From the sequence record MN871447.1: 64,000 bases of DNA, one strand, 5' to 3'. The notes below the pieces were generated by a model that was not told where the DNA came from, did not search any database, and saw only the letters and a program-made list of their open reading frames with translations. This document shows positions 51,671-62,481 of this stretch, piece after piece. Both the position numbers and the translations under genes were made by a program. The number at the start of each line of letters is the position of its first letter. Within the stretch, counting starts at the first letter, position 1.

Positions 51671-53398
51671 TTAAGTAATTTTCATCCACCAAATATCATT
51701 AATAAAATTCCCATCGATATCGGTGGTGGTAGTATTAGATCCCGACCCTTTCAAAACAGTACCTGGCATAGTTTTAATCTTTCTTGCACTTGCAACGGAC
51801 ACTGGTGGTTGAGATGGAATATAACCGATTTTAGGATCGGTAATATTAACATTGGTGCACGTTCCTGCTAATTGCACGGCGGCAGCGGCGGCTGTAATGT
51901 CAGCTGCTGACCATACTTGTGAAAAAGCAACAACGTTAGTTAAAACAGTGGCTGCTTTACTGTAATTGACCGTGTCTGTTATAGGTTTAAGAATATTTAA
52001 ACCGTCATTATATCTGGCGTAATAGACCGAGTCCTGAATAACTAATCGAGGAACTTCACCCTGTAACAACGGGAAATTATTATTACTAGCGAGATATTTA
52101 CTGGTTCGAGAAACGGTGTCAATAAAGACGCAGTTCCTGACCACATTGTTGTAATTAATGTTACCAGAACGAATGTTGGTGCAATAGTCGTAACCGGAAG
52201 AAGGATATGGTAATCGTTGAATACCGTCATTGAAAAAGAACGAAAACTCAACAACATTGTTACCTTGGCCATTCCTTCGATCGTAGAACCATTGCGCCTG
52301 TGTATAAGTGCCCGAATAGGGGGCGTACGCCGCTCGTGCTCCACCTTGTACACTTGTAGAAGAATTGCCCATAAATAGAATTGAGGCGCCATTATTGAAG
52401 CCAATGATATTTCTTGCCACAGAATCCCACGTACAGTAATCAAAATCAATGATTTCATTATCTGTAACCGAAGGGTGCATACCACCGCCGAAAATATTTT
52501 CAATCATGATTCGATTACAACGCCATGTCCAAAACCCCGCATCGGCATATAGCGTTTCAGTGTTCTCTAACGCGTTATCCCATCGGTATTTTGAATACGT
52601 AATATTCCGCATGACTGACTGATATTTGTCCACAACGTAGGCGGAGTTTAAAGACTCCACGCCAGCAAACTGACAGCCTCCTTTTGAGATTCCTGTCATC
52701 TCAATATTCTCTACTTTGACCCCGCGAGAATAATACGTCCCTTTAGAGTTGTCAGTAATATCATCTGCTTTCCAATGGTTCCCTACGATGTTAATGGATC
52801 TCGCTACATTGAAAAATGAAGAATTTCTGACACCAAAAACATTCGCCCTATTTGTGGCGGCACCATCTAAACGTATATTGACGGCGGAATCATAGTCTTT
52901 ATGATTTCCGCTTCTGCCAATCGGATCGCTAATAAATTTACAATTATCAATCCATACGTCGACATCAGTTTCCACAGTTACCGGTGGCAATTCAAACCAA
53001 ATAAAACAGCTACTGTTATTATCGACCGAAACAAGATTGTTTCGGGTATAAAACTCTATTCCGCTGACGGTAACGCTTTGTACCTTACGTGCGGTCAAAT
53101 GCATTGCACGATAGCTATACCCATCGAGCGCAGTGGCAGCTTTAAAATAGTCTGTGTTAATCCATTTTGGTTTTGGTCCAGTCCCATAACTTGTAATATA
53201 AGACATGGTCCCCGTTGTGTTGTACAAAGAGGTTAAGCCAAAATTAACGTTCTCATAAATAGTTGTCCCTGCTTTTAGTGCAATAGTACAAGGGTGACTG
53301 AAACCTTGTGCAATCAATGCAGAAAACGTTTTAAATGGTGAGTCTTTTGTCCCTGTACCGTTCACTGATACGGTAGGATCAATGTAATAATAGTTCAT
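51671..53398 (-). CDS. Right-handed beta-helix protein (putative polysaccharide lyase/depolymerase)
   Basis: YYIDPTVSVNGTGTKDSPFKT start; repeated N/I/V-rich beta-helix rungs; no virion anchor evident. Confidence 0.7.
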   Translation of the reverse strand: MNYYYIDPTVSVNGTGTKDSPFKTFSALIAQGFSHPCTIALKAGTTIYENVNFGLTSLYNTTGTMSYITSYGTGPKPKWINTDYFKAATALDGYSYRAMHLTARKVQSVTVSGIEFYTRNNLVSVDNNSSCFIWFELPPVTVETDVDVWIDNCKFISDPIGRSGNHKDYDSAVNIRLDGAATNRANVFGVRNSSFFNVARSINIVGNHWKADDITDNSKGTYYSRGVKVENIEMTGISKGGCQFAGVESLNSAYVVDKYQSVMRNITYSKYRWDNALENTETLYADAGFWTWRCNRIMIENIFGGGMHPSVTDNEIIDFDYCTWDSVARNIIGFNNGASILFMGNSSTSVQGGARAAYAPYSGTYTQAQWFYDRRNGQGNNVVEFSFFFNDGIQRLPYPSSGYDYCTNIRSGNINYNNVVRNCVFIDTVSRTSKYLASNNNFPLLQGEVPRLVIQDSVYYARYNDGLNILKPITDTVNYSKAATVLTNVVAFSQVWSAADITAAAAAVQLAGTCTNVNITDPKIGYIPSQPPVSVASARKIKTMPGTVLKGSGSNTTTTDIDGNFINDIWWMKIT

Positions 53399-53407
53399 CT
53401 AAACCTC

Positions 53408-55231
53408 TTAATTTGCGAGTTTTACCAACACGTCTATCCAAACTGCCGGGCCCAGATCTACTGGGGAGCTACTCAACGCTTCTGTTACCGTGATCGCGTT
53501 AGTTGTTGTATTCAGTGTGGCAGTAGTAAGGACTTGCCTAACGCTAAACGCAAATGTATGTGCAGTTGTATCCGTTGCACCAATAACGTATCGATAACTG
53601 TTAGCATTATTTGGTATCTGAGGTAGCCTTATCTGCCAAGGCATATCTGTCGCAAGATCAGCACCTGTGATCGTGAAATTAAGACTCGGTATTGTGCATG
53701 TTAATGAATCAACACCACTTTCAAAATTGGTGGCGTAACAAAAAGAAGAAACGAATTTCTTAAAGGGAGCGGCATTGATAACCGAATCAGCCGGGTGGTT
53801 GTAATGACAACGCAATACAGCATAACCCTCTGGTACGTCAAAACTCGAACCATCATTGAGTAACACGCGACGATAGTTTGACCCTGTATAGGCGGTGTTC
53901 GCCCAAATAATCCCTGCAGGGGTCGAACCACTGAGCGACGTCAATTGTGACCCGCCCATGTATTTATTCCAATTCCATGTGATCAGGTTTGCATTTCCGG
54001 AGTTCACGCAAGTAGAACTCAAATAAGTGGAATGCGCCGGAGTTCTTAGGTAGAAATTCACCGTTCCGGTTGTTGTATCTTGAACCAAACCAATAACCGG
54101 TTGGAGGGCGTTTTTTACATCGCTATTATCCAACATCTTACCCGAACCAATCCCTGTAAAACGAACGTACTTATTAATGTTGTATTGAGTAAACGCGGTA
54201 ACGACATCAGGTAAATTGACATCGAGAACATATGTCAAAACATTGCTATTTGTCGCGTTCCCAATATTAATTAAGCAGGAGAAACGTGCGCCGATAAGAT
54301 TGGATGGGTTTACAATGGTTGCGAAATTAATGAAGTTAGCATTAGCACTGTCTACGGTGAAGTAGGTGTCGTAAGAATTGGCCAGACTCCGTCCAATAGA
54401 ATCAAGCTGAGCTAATTCTCTGACAGCTGTGCCGTTCGCCCAACTCCAACGATAACGCCCAGCGTCAGTGAAAGGGACTAACCCTGTTTGGAGCGGAGAA
54501 ACAGTAAAGATTCTTGGGAGATTTGTGGTTTTATCATAACTCCACATGATCGCTGGGGAGGTTTCATCATCCGCTTGGCCGTCTACAGGGAATCGCGCAA
54601 TGACGTCTTGATAAGGACCTCTCCAGTAGCCTGTGCCTTCAGCAAAAGGTACATGAATGTTTCTTGCAGTTCGGTGTCCGTCAACGGTAGCTGAGGTTTT
54701 CAGTCTTCCGCGGTTATCAATGAGAATGGTACCCAGATTTTTCTTTCCGCCGAAGTTAATGCCAGCTACCGCTTGAATATCTTCAGGGGCCGGGTTGACG
54801 TCGTATTGACCTTTTACGCTCATTTGATCTTCAACGGAAATATCGTCAGAAGCAGAGGGCCCGTTTCCGTCAGTTGTTCCTTTATTATCAATTTCGCCCT
54901 TAAATTCCGCTAACAAATTTTCAACGACGCTCAAAGCCTGATCAATTACCCCAAGATCTCTCCATGAGCCAACGTTAAAACTTCCTGTTGTCGTTACCAA
55001 GTTTAAAGTTCCATCTTGGTTTCTGGTGAAACTTTGCAACGTTCCCGTAGCTGAAACTGTTTCGAAACAGTTGTTTGTATTAAAATCAAAAAGCACGTTT
55101 ACATTGGAAAGGTCGACATTTGTCTCGAGTACCGCTATTTGATTTGTTTCTAATCCCAGTAGAGTACAAAGGTTACGAAGAATGATCTCTTTTGTTGTAC
55201 TTCCGTTGGGTTGGACTAAACGATTTAACAT
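53408..55231 (-). CDS. Tail fibre/receptor-binding protein with tailspike-type N-terminal anchor
   Basis: N-terminus NRLVQPNGSTTKE...VDLSN...TGSF homologous to 60316-62481 and to recalled QPxGSTSKE tailspike head domains. Confidence 0.65.
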   Translation of the reverse strand: MLNRLVQPNGSTTKEIILRNLCTLLGLETNQIAVLETNVDLSNVNVLFDFNTNNCFETVSATGTLQSFTRNQDGTLNLVTTTGSFNVGSWRDLGVIDQALSVVENLLAEFKGEIDNKGTTDGNGPSASDDISVEDQMSVKGQYDVNPAPEDIQAVAGINFGGKKNLGTILIDNRGRLKTSATVDGHRTARNIHVPFAEGTGYWRGPYQDVIARFPVDGQADDETSPAIMWSYDKTTNLPRIFTVSPLQTGLVPFTDAGRYRWSWANGTAVRELAQLDSIGRSLANSYDTYFTVDSANANFINFATIVNPSNLIGARFSCLINIGNATNSNVLTYVLDVNLPDVVTAFTQYNINKYVRFTGIGSGKMLDNSDVKNALQPVIGLVQDTTTGTVNFYLRTPAHSTYLSSTCVNSGNANLITWNWNKYMGGSQLTSLSGSTPAGIIWANTAYTGSNYRRVLLNDGSSFDVPEGYAVLRCHYNHPADSVINAAPFKKFVSSFCYATNFESGVDSLTCTIPSLNFTITGADLATDMPWQIRLPQIPNNANSYRYVIGATDTTAHTFAFSVRQVLTTATLNTTTNAITVTEALSSSPVDLGPAVWIDVLVKLAN

Positions 55232-55250
55232 GATTATTCCTTGTAGAAAG

Positions 55251-55272
55251 CCAGAGAGGGATTCCTCTCTGG
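55251..55272 (-). terminator. Intergenic hairpin
   Basis: 9-bp stem CCAGAGAGG/CCTCTCTGG between the 892-aa and 607-aa genes. Confidence 0.55.
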
Positions 55273-55277
55273 TGTTA

Positions 55278-57956
55278 TTATACCGTATAACGCCACGTCG
55301 AGTTCGTTAGCGTGACTGCGCCGGTGATCGTAATGTTGACCCTTTCTTGGTAATACAGCACCAAGTTCAACGGGTAAGTACCCGCGGCTGTATAATTGTA
55401 CAATATTTGGTCGTTCACTTTGATAACGCATGTACCACCAGAAGGGACAGTCAAATCACCGTGGTACTTACCCGCGCGACGATAATTATAGACGTAGTCA
55501 ACGCCTGTTAATGGTAGTGCGGTTGTCGTCAAATCAACATGGGTAGCGTCCCGCATTCCAAAAGATGATTGTGTCCCGTCCCCATATCGAATACGTGAGT
55601 AGCTTGTTTGTGCGCTCTGGAAATACGCCAGTTGACTTTGTAGCTTAAGGTAAATGACGTAATTAAAATTATTATCGTCCCATTTACAGTTCCGAGTACT
55701 AAAGAAGAAATTGGGATTAGGACTGTCTACACGGACGATGTACATCTGATCTTCGGTGAGGTTAGTCCACCCAGAATGGGTATTATAGAATTCGATATTA
55801 TCGAGCGTCATTTTCCCGTAAAGAACAGTTGCGTCTACGTAGAACACAGGTTGCGCTGCGTAACCTCCAGCGTAGTAATCGAGATTGTAGAAGATCCCTT
55901 TCGAAATTGTGACAATACCAGTATCATTAGGTTGACCAATGCGTTGTCCGGTATATTGTAACTTGGTCGTATCGTTAGTGACGTAGACCACTCTTGACAT
56001 ATACCAGCCCGTAATATCGGCAATACCAACGTAAGCATTGTAGCCCATGCGAATAAACTCGCCAGGATAATACGCATTAACAAGGCCGATTGAAACACGG
56101 GAGTTACAGATTTCAATACAGTACGCGCCGGGGAGGGTTTGGGCAAGAGTCGGGCCGCCTTGGACACCAAAGATCTTGTTGATAGTGATCGCTGGAGTAT
56201 CCCAAATTCTGACGTGAGGACCGCCGCCTGAACCTACTAACAGACTTCCTATCGTTACTGTTCCGCAAGTATCAATAATCAATCCACCTGTCGCCAGCAG
56301 CGGTGGGACAAAGTCTTCGTAATGTTCTAGTCCTACATCGTACATTTCTTTCAGAACGGAAGCTTGGGAATTATTCTGCTCCCAAAGGTATTCAACTTTA
56401 CCTAAGCCTGAACCAGTGTTTCGAAGATAGAACCCGCGACCCACTGTTTTGTTATTCATCCTTAATGTACCAAGATTCTGAATGGACGGTAGGACGACGG
56501 TAAGATCTGGCCACTTCGCTGTTACATCGGTATAATTAGACTTCCCTAAGGAGTAAAGTACGGTTCCTGCGTAAGCACCTGCCGATATCTTAATATCCGG
56601 GGCGTTAACCATACTTTCCAGTCGTAACGCGTAGTTAGTGTCCACCAAGCCAGCAATCTGTGCAGTGGTGTAATTATTGACCTGGAATGTCAGCGAGGTG
56701 TTGTCAATCTCAATATCGAACAGCGGACGGTTCGCTTGCACCACAAACCAACCCGCCCCTTGATCTAACGCATAACGCCCCGTAATACCGAAACGATCTC
56801 CGGAATTAGTTGGAAGAATCCACGACAGAGATTCAGGGAATGTTCCACAGCGAATATAATGGCGCTGAGCAAGGTAGACCACGCCTTTATCTAACCCGGT
56901 AATAATCGATTGCGGGTAACCGTTAGAGGAGAGTTGTCCGGCTGCTTTCAATGCATTTTTAAATGCGGTATCTTGGGGTGCGGTGGTTTGGTCGTAACTC
57001 TTAACGCCTGCCCAGGCGAGCTTCACTACGTTCCCATTGATTCGACGTTTCCAAAGTCTGCCTAATTTATCAACAAGATGAACGCAGTCATCATCTGTTT
57101 TACTACCAACTACGCTTTGTCGATCGAAAATCCCTTCCCCACCATCACCGGCGGTGCTGTAACCGTAAAGAGACAACGTGCTTGCATAACCCGTATAGTT
57201 GCGAAGATCAGCGTAATTCCCTGTACCGACCAGCCCTGCTCCATAGACGCTACTTAAATCAGCAGTAGCTACCCGCGCGCCTATGGCGGCCTCTACGGTG
57301 CCGCCTGCTGCCATTCCGATATTTGCAGCACCTGTCGGCCCGCTAAATAGACTGAGCAATGCTTCGTTGACTTTCTCAATGTCATCGCTACCAAAACAGA
57401 TCGCTACTACGGTTTGATTTTCTTTTACTGGTGTAGCGAGTTTAAAGCTCAACATATCGCCAGCAACTAATTCAAAACCTACGTCTTTAAACTGACGCAA
57501 ACCATCGACGTACACTTCCTGTACTGCGACATTCCCCGCTAAAGGAACCGTGAAGGTTTGCTCCCCGCCGTTACTTAACCCGCCATTATAAACCCACTGT
57601 ACAATCGCCCCTTTATTCTTCAGAGCTTTATTCAACAGCGCGTAAGTACCGTAAGTGATTTGTTCACTATTAGCATTCAATAACGGGGTGGCGCCACCGG
57701 CACTGTTAACCCAGCCTTGAACATGCTCTTTAGTATCGTCAGTGTAAACAAAGAACACATCGCCAGGAACCGTTGCCGAAACACCCGCCGCAGTACTCGA
57801 GTAGGCGTTCTCAAACATGATACTTTCACGTAACGCACGGAGTGTTGTTTTATACGTGTCGTTTTCTTCTTTAACTTGGGCAATGGGAATAAACCCATTC
57901 TCAGAGGCTACCGACAACGCCGGTAATTCAGTAATTTTTAAACTAGACTTATCCAT
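55278..57956 (-). CDS. Tailspike with multi-domain N-terminus (putative hub) and beta-helix
   Basis: KITELP anchor; WVYNGGLSNGGEQTFTVP...VYVDGLRQ..GF (XD-like docking domain); YADLR...GDGGEGIF...DDD...GRLWKR; then beta-helix. Confidence 0.75.
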   Translation of the reverse strand: MDKSSLKITELPALSVASENGFIPIAQVKEENDTYKTTLRALRESIMFENAYSSTAAGVSATVPGDVFFVYTDDTKEHVQGWVNSAGGATPLLNANSEQITYGTYALLNKALKNKGAIVQWVYNGGLSNGGEQTFTVPLAGNVAVQEVYVDGLRQFKDVGFELVAGDMLSFKLATPVKENQTVVAICFGSDDIEKVNEALLSLFSGPTGAANIGMAAGGTVEAAIGARVATADLSSVYGAGLVGTGNYADLRNYTGYASTLSLYGYSTAGDGGEGIFDRQSVVGSKTDDDCVHLVDKLGRLWKRRINGNVVKLAWAGVKSYDQTTAPQDTAFKNALKAAGQLSSNGYPQSIITGLDKGVVYLAQRHYIRCGTFPESLSWILPTNSGDRFGITGRYALDQGAGWFVVQANRPLFDIEIDNTSLTFQVNNYTTAQIAGLVDTNYALRLESMVNAPDIKISAGAYAGTVLYSLGKSNYTDVTAKWPDLTVVLPSIQNLGTLRMNNKTVGRGFYLRNTGSGLGKVEYLWEQNNSQASVLKEMYDVGLEHYEDFVPPLLATGGLIIDTCGTVTIGSLLVGSGGGPHVRIWDTPAITINKIFGVQGGPTLAQTLPGAYCIEICNSRVSIGLVNAYYPGEFIRMGYNAYVGIADITGWYMSRVVYVTNDTTKLQYTGQRIGQPNDTGIVTISKGIFYNLDYYAGGYAAQPVFYVDATVLYGKMTLDNIEFYNTHSGWTNLTEDQMYIVRVDSPNPNFFFSTRNCKWDDNNFNYVIYLKLQSQLAYFQSAQTSYSRIRYGDGTQSSFGMRDATHVDLTTTALPLTGVDYVYNYRRAGKYHGDLTVPSGGTCVIKVNDQILYNYTAAGTYPLNLVLYYQERVNITITGAVTLTNSTWRYTV

Positions 57957-58000
57957 TTCGGTACCTGTATAGTCTGGGTAAATAAGAGGGTATCTAGATC

Positions 58001-58010
58001 GTCATAAAAA
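58001..58010 (-). promoter_or_regulatory. Putative late promoter TTTTTATGAC
   Basis: 5 bp downstream of terminator, upstream of 892-aa tailspike. Confidence 0.5.
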
Positions 58011-58015
58011 CACAA

Positions 58016-58039
58016 GAGTAGGGCCGATCGGCCCTACTC
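58016..58039 (-). terminator. Terminator hairpin
   Basis: 10-bp stem GAGTAGGGCC/GGCCCTACTC followed by TTGTGTTTTT. Confidence 0.8.
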
Positions 58040-58063
58040 GCTATGAACAACCTATAAAACAAT

Positions 58064-58297
58064 TCAACTACCGGAATCGTCTTCGCTAGTCCTGTCTTCT
58101 AAAAGAAAAGAACCATCTAGACCCTTTTCCGATAAGAACCCAAGTGCGGCTTCCTGATAGTTTTCTACTTCTTCAAAGAAAACGATAGCCTCCCCCAAAT
58201 CAATTCTGGAAAGAAAATAAACGTTCTCTCGCACAGTATCTTTGTAGATATAAATCATCACAAATACCCTAAAGTCGGATGTTGATCGGAAAACCAA
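58064..58297 (-). CDS. Small acidic protein coupled to tailspike stop (probable start MIYIYK; possible chaperone)
   Basis: Internal ATG overlaps the TGA of 58258-60276. Confidence 0.5.
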   Translation of the reverse strand: MVFRSTSDFRVFVMIYIYKDTVRENVYFLSRIDLGEAIVFFEEVENYQEAALGFLSEKGLDGSFLLEDRTSEDDSGS

Positions 58298-60276
58298 ACC
58301 GCAGGCAGCTTAACTTGGATGGTACCAACGAAACCGGTAAAGTTAAGTCCAGCGTAACCGTACTGAGACGTACCGGTATCGCATGAAAGCATGTAGGTAC
58401 CCATGTAATTGTCTGCGGTAAGGGCGATGCCAGTTTTTGTTAGTGAGTTTAAAATATCTTGCTGTGGACCCAAGGCATATCCACTATAGTTTTCGCTCAT
58501 TGACACTACGTTAGTCGTGGCGTTATTAGTAAAAGTCTGAGATGAAACTAAACGACACACACCACGTACGTAAACGTTGCCAGTAGTTGCAGCACCGGCT
58601 TTGACTGAACAGGACACATGAAATTTCTGTTGACTGTTACTGTTATTAATTGGCGTACCCCAGAGAAGGTTAACCGAGTTAGTTGTACTTGTAGCAGTAA
58701 TTGTCACTGGGATCAGGCCATCCGAATCTGCATCTGCTGCAGAGCCATAGACGATAGTTGAACCGTTAGCAACTACGTACCACTGTCCAATTGCCCTGGC
58801 AGTCGGTAAGGCCGCGCCAGCGGTACCATTAAACAGTAGCCCTGTATTATTCAAAATGTAACCGTCAGAGGTATCGTAAGATGGCAGAAAACGATAGGTT
58901 TGTCCGCGTAAAGGGTAACGTATTCTTATTTTGATCTGGTTAGTGGGATCGTACGCCTTGTAACTCCCATAAGCGCTATTAACGTGCGGGCCGTAACAGA
59001 AAATGTTTACGTTGTCAAGGTCGATAGCGGTGCGTGTAGTGGTCGCAAAACCAATTGTCCTGACTCCACGGTAAGGATCATTAACAAACGCGTACATGAA
59101 GATATTTCCGCCGATCATTTTAAAATTATTTTCGCCAGCGCCTGTTGTACGAGTTGGGCAATTGGCTAAATAACGGAAGCCTTCAACGTGACACTCGATC
59201 AACGTATCCTGACCTATGTTCACTGGAGAATAGAGGACAACATCGTTTGTATTATAGTCGAAACTACAACCAAAATATTTAAACATGTGGACAGTATCGT
59301 TTCGGTAGACTCCGCCCAAATAGTTGTCACCAATGAGGCAGTTGACGAAGCGCATGTTCTCACCGGAGTTAACGCAGTTCACGCCTGCATCGGTGACGAT
59401 ACCATATCCATTTCGATAAAAAGCGCAGTTCTCCACCACATCTAAATACGTATCAGTAGAACCAATCCTGATTCCGCCGTAAAATTGCGCAACTTTTACG
59501 CCAGTGATTTTTACTTCTCGAGTATGGACAAAACCACCAGATGGGTATGTTGTATTTCCTAAAGAAATACCATGGAACGTAGTTTTGTCGTATCCGGGGC
59601 CTAAAATGAAAAGTGCGTTAGTGTCCAGTACTTCAGTGTAGCTGGCAGAACTCCCCGCGTTATTAGTGAAGGGGTTTGCTGCAGATCGAGTAAGTCCAGT
59701 AAACTCACCGGTTATTTCTACGCCATTCCCGGTAGTAAAGGCACTAAAATCCCAAGTCTGGTTAGTGTCAACAATAACAGAAACAAACGGCGGGATACGC
59801 ACTGTCGCTGTCATTTTATAAACTGTTTCGCCGGTAGCGTTATCTAATAGCGGTACGCGCAGACGGTAAGTTCCATTTGCGATATAACCTCTCCCAATAA
59901 CAATTTTGACGATGTCACTAGTTATTTTGTTGATGCACTGGGAGAGGTTATTTAAAGAGACAGAAAAACCAGCCATCCATACGTTAATAGGTTTTGTTGT
60001 ATCGAGGAGCCAGTTAGCTCCTTTAGCTGTTTTAAATACGCTGTAGTCGTTATCTGCGACTGTTGAACTGGCTCTGTACGTCATTATTTCGTTTACGTCA
60101 GGTCCGCCCACAACCGCTCGTTTTAATAGAACACGTTGGCCGTCAAACCAAGGCTCTAAAGCCCTTAATTCAGTTACGGACCCCACGGTTAAAAGAGAAT
60201 ATTCACCGTTACTCCCTCGCGGTTTATTAAAATCAGTTAACATCATTACACCTCTATGTGAATAAGACGAAGTCAT
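58258..60276 (-). CDS. Tailspike / EPS or capsule depolymerase (probable start 60246)
   Basis: SVTELRALEPWFDGQ head module; beta-helix with NSGENMRFVNC, SFDY and HVEG; GAGGTG RBS before MMLTDF. Confidence 0.75.
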   Translation of the reverse strand: MTSSYSHRGVMMLTDFNKPRGSNGEYSLLTVGSVTELRALEPWFDGQRVLLKRAVVGGPDVNEIMTYRASSTVADNDYSVFKTAKGANWLLDTTKPINVWMAGFSVSLNNLSQCINKITSDIVKIVIGRGYIANGTYRLRVPLLDNATGETVYKMTATVRIPPFVSVIVDTNQTWDFSAFTTGNGVEITGEFTGLTRSAANPFTNNAGSSASYTEVLDTNALFILGPGYDKTTFHGISLGNTTYPSGGFVHTREVKITGVKVAQFYGGIRIGSTDTYLDVVENCAFYRNGYGIVTDAGVNCVNSGENMRFVNCLIGDNYLGGVYRNDTVHMFKYFGCSFDYNTNDVVLYSPVNIGQDTLIECHVEGFRYLANCPTRTTGAGENNFKMIGGNIFMYAFVNDPYRGVRTIGFATTTRTAIDLDNVNIFCYGPHVNSAYGSYKAYDPTNQIKIRIRYPLRGQTYRFLPSYDTSDGYILNNTGLLFNGTAGAALPTARAIGQWYVVANGSTIVYGSAADADSDGLIPVTITATSTTNSVNLLWGTPINNSNSQQKFHVSCSVKAGAATTGNVYVRGVCRLVSSQTFTNNATTNVVSMSENYSGYALGPQQDILNSLTKTGIALTADNYMGTYMLSCDTGTSQYGYAGLNFTGFVGTIQVKLPAVWFSDQHPTLGYL

Positions 60277-60281
60277 AGAAA
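60272..60281 (-). promoter_or_regulatory. Putative late promoter TTTCTATGAC
   Basis: Abuts terminator 60281-60312; identical to 50063-50072. Confidence 0.5.
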
Positions 60282-60312
60282 ATTGAGAGAGGGGATACTC
60301 CCTCTCTCAATT
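60281..60312 (-). terminator. Terminator hairpin
   Basis: 13-bp stem AATTGAGAGAGGG/CCCTCTCTCAATT. Confidence 0.8.
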
Positions 60313-60315
60313 AAT

Positions 60316-62481
60316 TTATACTGTAGCAGTTACATTATTACCTTTGTAAATAAAATTGTAGCATATCTTTAAAGGATAATTAACCCTGACAATACCGTAT
60401 TCGACTCGCAAGAATTTTGCTCTTGGCGGAGCCACACGGCTTGTAGGAATGATTGGAACAATTCTCGTTGTTGCCGATGCAGCGTTCGGGGCAGCAGTAT
60501 CTTTAATTATCGAATAAAGATCATAGCTGTAAGTTTCTGTTGAGATCTGAGTTTGGGTGTTATCGTACCACGTATAACGAATGTTTGAACTTAGTTGATT
60601 ACCTGCGGTCAAAGTAGTATCAGCGGAACCGTACTGGACAGCAAAGGTAGTAGAATAGCTTTCTAACTGCGATACTTCGATTAATTCATTGTTAGACCAA
60701 TACGCATACATGTTCGATGTATTGTTTGTCGGTGTAAGTGTAACACATTTATCCCCGTTAGCATTCAGCGTCGCCACTGCCGCTGTCCCACCGCTAACTA
60801 AACGGAATGTCCAATCAGTAAGTACTTTTCCTTGAGTGACAGCAGTACCATCGCTTTCATTACCGAAGTTCCAACCTTTGCTCAATAATGAGCTTATTTT
60901 AGAGGGGCGTGGGTTAGCATATGGAGTAATCGATTTACCTACCGATACGCCGCGGGAAGCTGGGGTACAAAGGAAAATATAATAATCGTAAGGAGTTTGC
61001 GTTGCAGCGCTCGGGCCAGAAATATCAAGATAGACATTTACCGACTGGTTATTGAACAGTGGTCTTGATATAGCGTTAGATACCGCGTTTCCATTACTAT
61101 CGTTACCTACTTGTGAACCACTAGCAAGTGTCATCATGAAATCGCTGTTAATGAATGTAACGTAACTGTCATTCAATCCAGCCACGTCGTTCACAATGTA
61201 ACCCCCAACTGCTTCAGTGTGTGAATTAGTCACGCGGAAGTTATTGCCGTTAGCGTTACTTCCGAAATTGAAAACGTGTGTCGCAGTATAATCGAAACTT
61301 ACGTTTGTAAAATCAATATTGAACCCAGCAACAATGGCCTCAATAAAGCCATACTCTCCGCCACCGTAAAATGTACAGTGGGTAAACGCAATTCGTTCCC
61401 CGGCGTTCCAAGGGGACGTTCTAGATCCTGTACCTATTTGAACCGCTGAGCCAGAGTTACCAAAATCACAATACTCTACGCTAATGAGATACGCATCGTA
61501 TTCTGTGATTTGTAAACCAGCGCGGAACTGTCTAACTGTTACTCCAGTGATTTTAGGCGGGCAGTTAGTAAATCCATTGCCACTATTCTCAGTGGCTGTA
61601 TTACCAATTTTAATTCCGACCAAGGAAGAAACAGTTGAGCGACCAGGTCCTTCAAAATAAATCCCACCGCCATTAGAAGAAAGAGTATAACCACCGATAC
61701 CTTGTTGTTGATAATTCCCTTTGAATCCTTTTATCCAAAACGCAGCAATGTGCGTATCATTAAGGGCCTTACAATCGATATAGATTGACCCGTTAACAAT
61801 AGTCCTAACGAAGGGTGGGGAAACAACACCTTTTGTTAAGGTGTATTTACCACCAGGTAGCTCAACTGATGGGCACTGGTAAAAATTACCCGACTTCGTA
61901 GCAACAGCTGCCGCGTAATCAATGGCCTTTTGCCACGCCGCACTGATATCACCGCCGGGCTCTACTCCAGCCCACTCTACTTTAAGTACCTTATCGGAAT
62001 TAAGACGTTTGAGGCGTTTTCCTGATGAAGTTACAATAGTGAACATACCGTCATCAGCAGTGCTCGTATCATTGGCGTCGTAATAGAATTCCCCGCCGCC
62101 TACAGTGCCATTTAAGTTATAGCTGATCAACTTTAAGATCTGTTTATCGAACCACGGATTGAAATTCTTTAAATCAGTAATCGACGGAAAACTGACTGTA
62201 ATTAATTGTGCTGGTAATGCATTAACGGGGAAACTTCCGTTTTCTGTGCTCACTACTGCGGTAGTCCCTGAAGCTACCATTCCCGTTACTGAACCCATTA
62301 CACCTGTAACGTTGTAAATCTCTTTAGTCACGGGGTCAACCGCAAACGAAAGGTTTGTTAAATCCACGCCCCGTTCAATTGACCCAATGGTCGATTGCGG
62401 GATGTTCAATAATTGAGAAAGAACCTCTGCACTAGACTGTATAGAGGTGTTTCCGGTTGGTTGAATAAAATTAGTTTGCAT
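60316..62481 (-). CDS. Tailspike / EPS or capsule depolymerase
   Basis: QPTGNTS head; SITDLK..PWFDKQ...GGGEFYYD...DDG...GKRLKR module; WAGVEPGGDISAAWQKAI; beta-helix with NAGERIAFTHC, SFDY and HTEA. Confidence 0.8.
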   Translation of the reverse strand: MQTNFIQPTGNTSIQSSAEVLSQLLNIPQSTIGSIERGVDLTNLSFAVDPVTKEIYNVTGVMGSVTGMVASGTTAVVSTENGSFPVNALPAQLITVSFPSITDLKNFNPWFDKQILKLISYNLNGTVGGGEFYYDANDTSTADDGMFTIVTSSGKRLKRLNSDKVLKVEWAGVEPGGDISAAWQKAIDYAAAVATKSGNFYQCPSVELPGGKYTLTKGVVSPPFVRTIVNGSIYIDCKALNDTHIAAFWIKGFKGNYQQQGIGGYTLSSNGGGIYFEGPGRSTVSSLVGIKIGNTATENSGNGFTNCPPKITGVTVRQFRAGLQITEYDAYLISVEYCDFGNSGSAVQIGTGSRTSPWNAGERIAFTHCTFYGGGEYGFIEAIVAGFNIDFTNVSFDYTATHVFNFGSNANGNNFRVTNSHTEAVGGYIVNDVAGLNDSYVTFINSDFMMTLASGSQVGNDSNGNAVSNAISRPLFNNQSVNVYLDISGPSAATQTPYDYYIFLCTPASRGVSVGKSITPYANPRPSKISSLLSKGWNFGNESDGTAVTQGKVLTDWTFRLVSGGTAAVATLNANGDKCVTLTPTNNTSNMYAYWSNNELIEVSQLESYSTTFAVQYGSADTTLTAGNQLSSNIRYTWYDNTQTQISTETYSYDLYSIIKDTAAPNAASATTRIVPIIPTSRVAPPRAKFLRVEYGIVRVNYPLKICYNFIYKGNNVTATV

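Noticed and set aside
55234-55431. 65-aa minus-strand ORF
   Set aside because: Overlaps the 3' end of the 892-aa tailspike in another frame and crosses the intergenic hairpin
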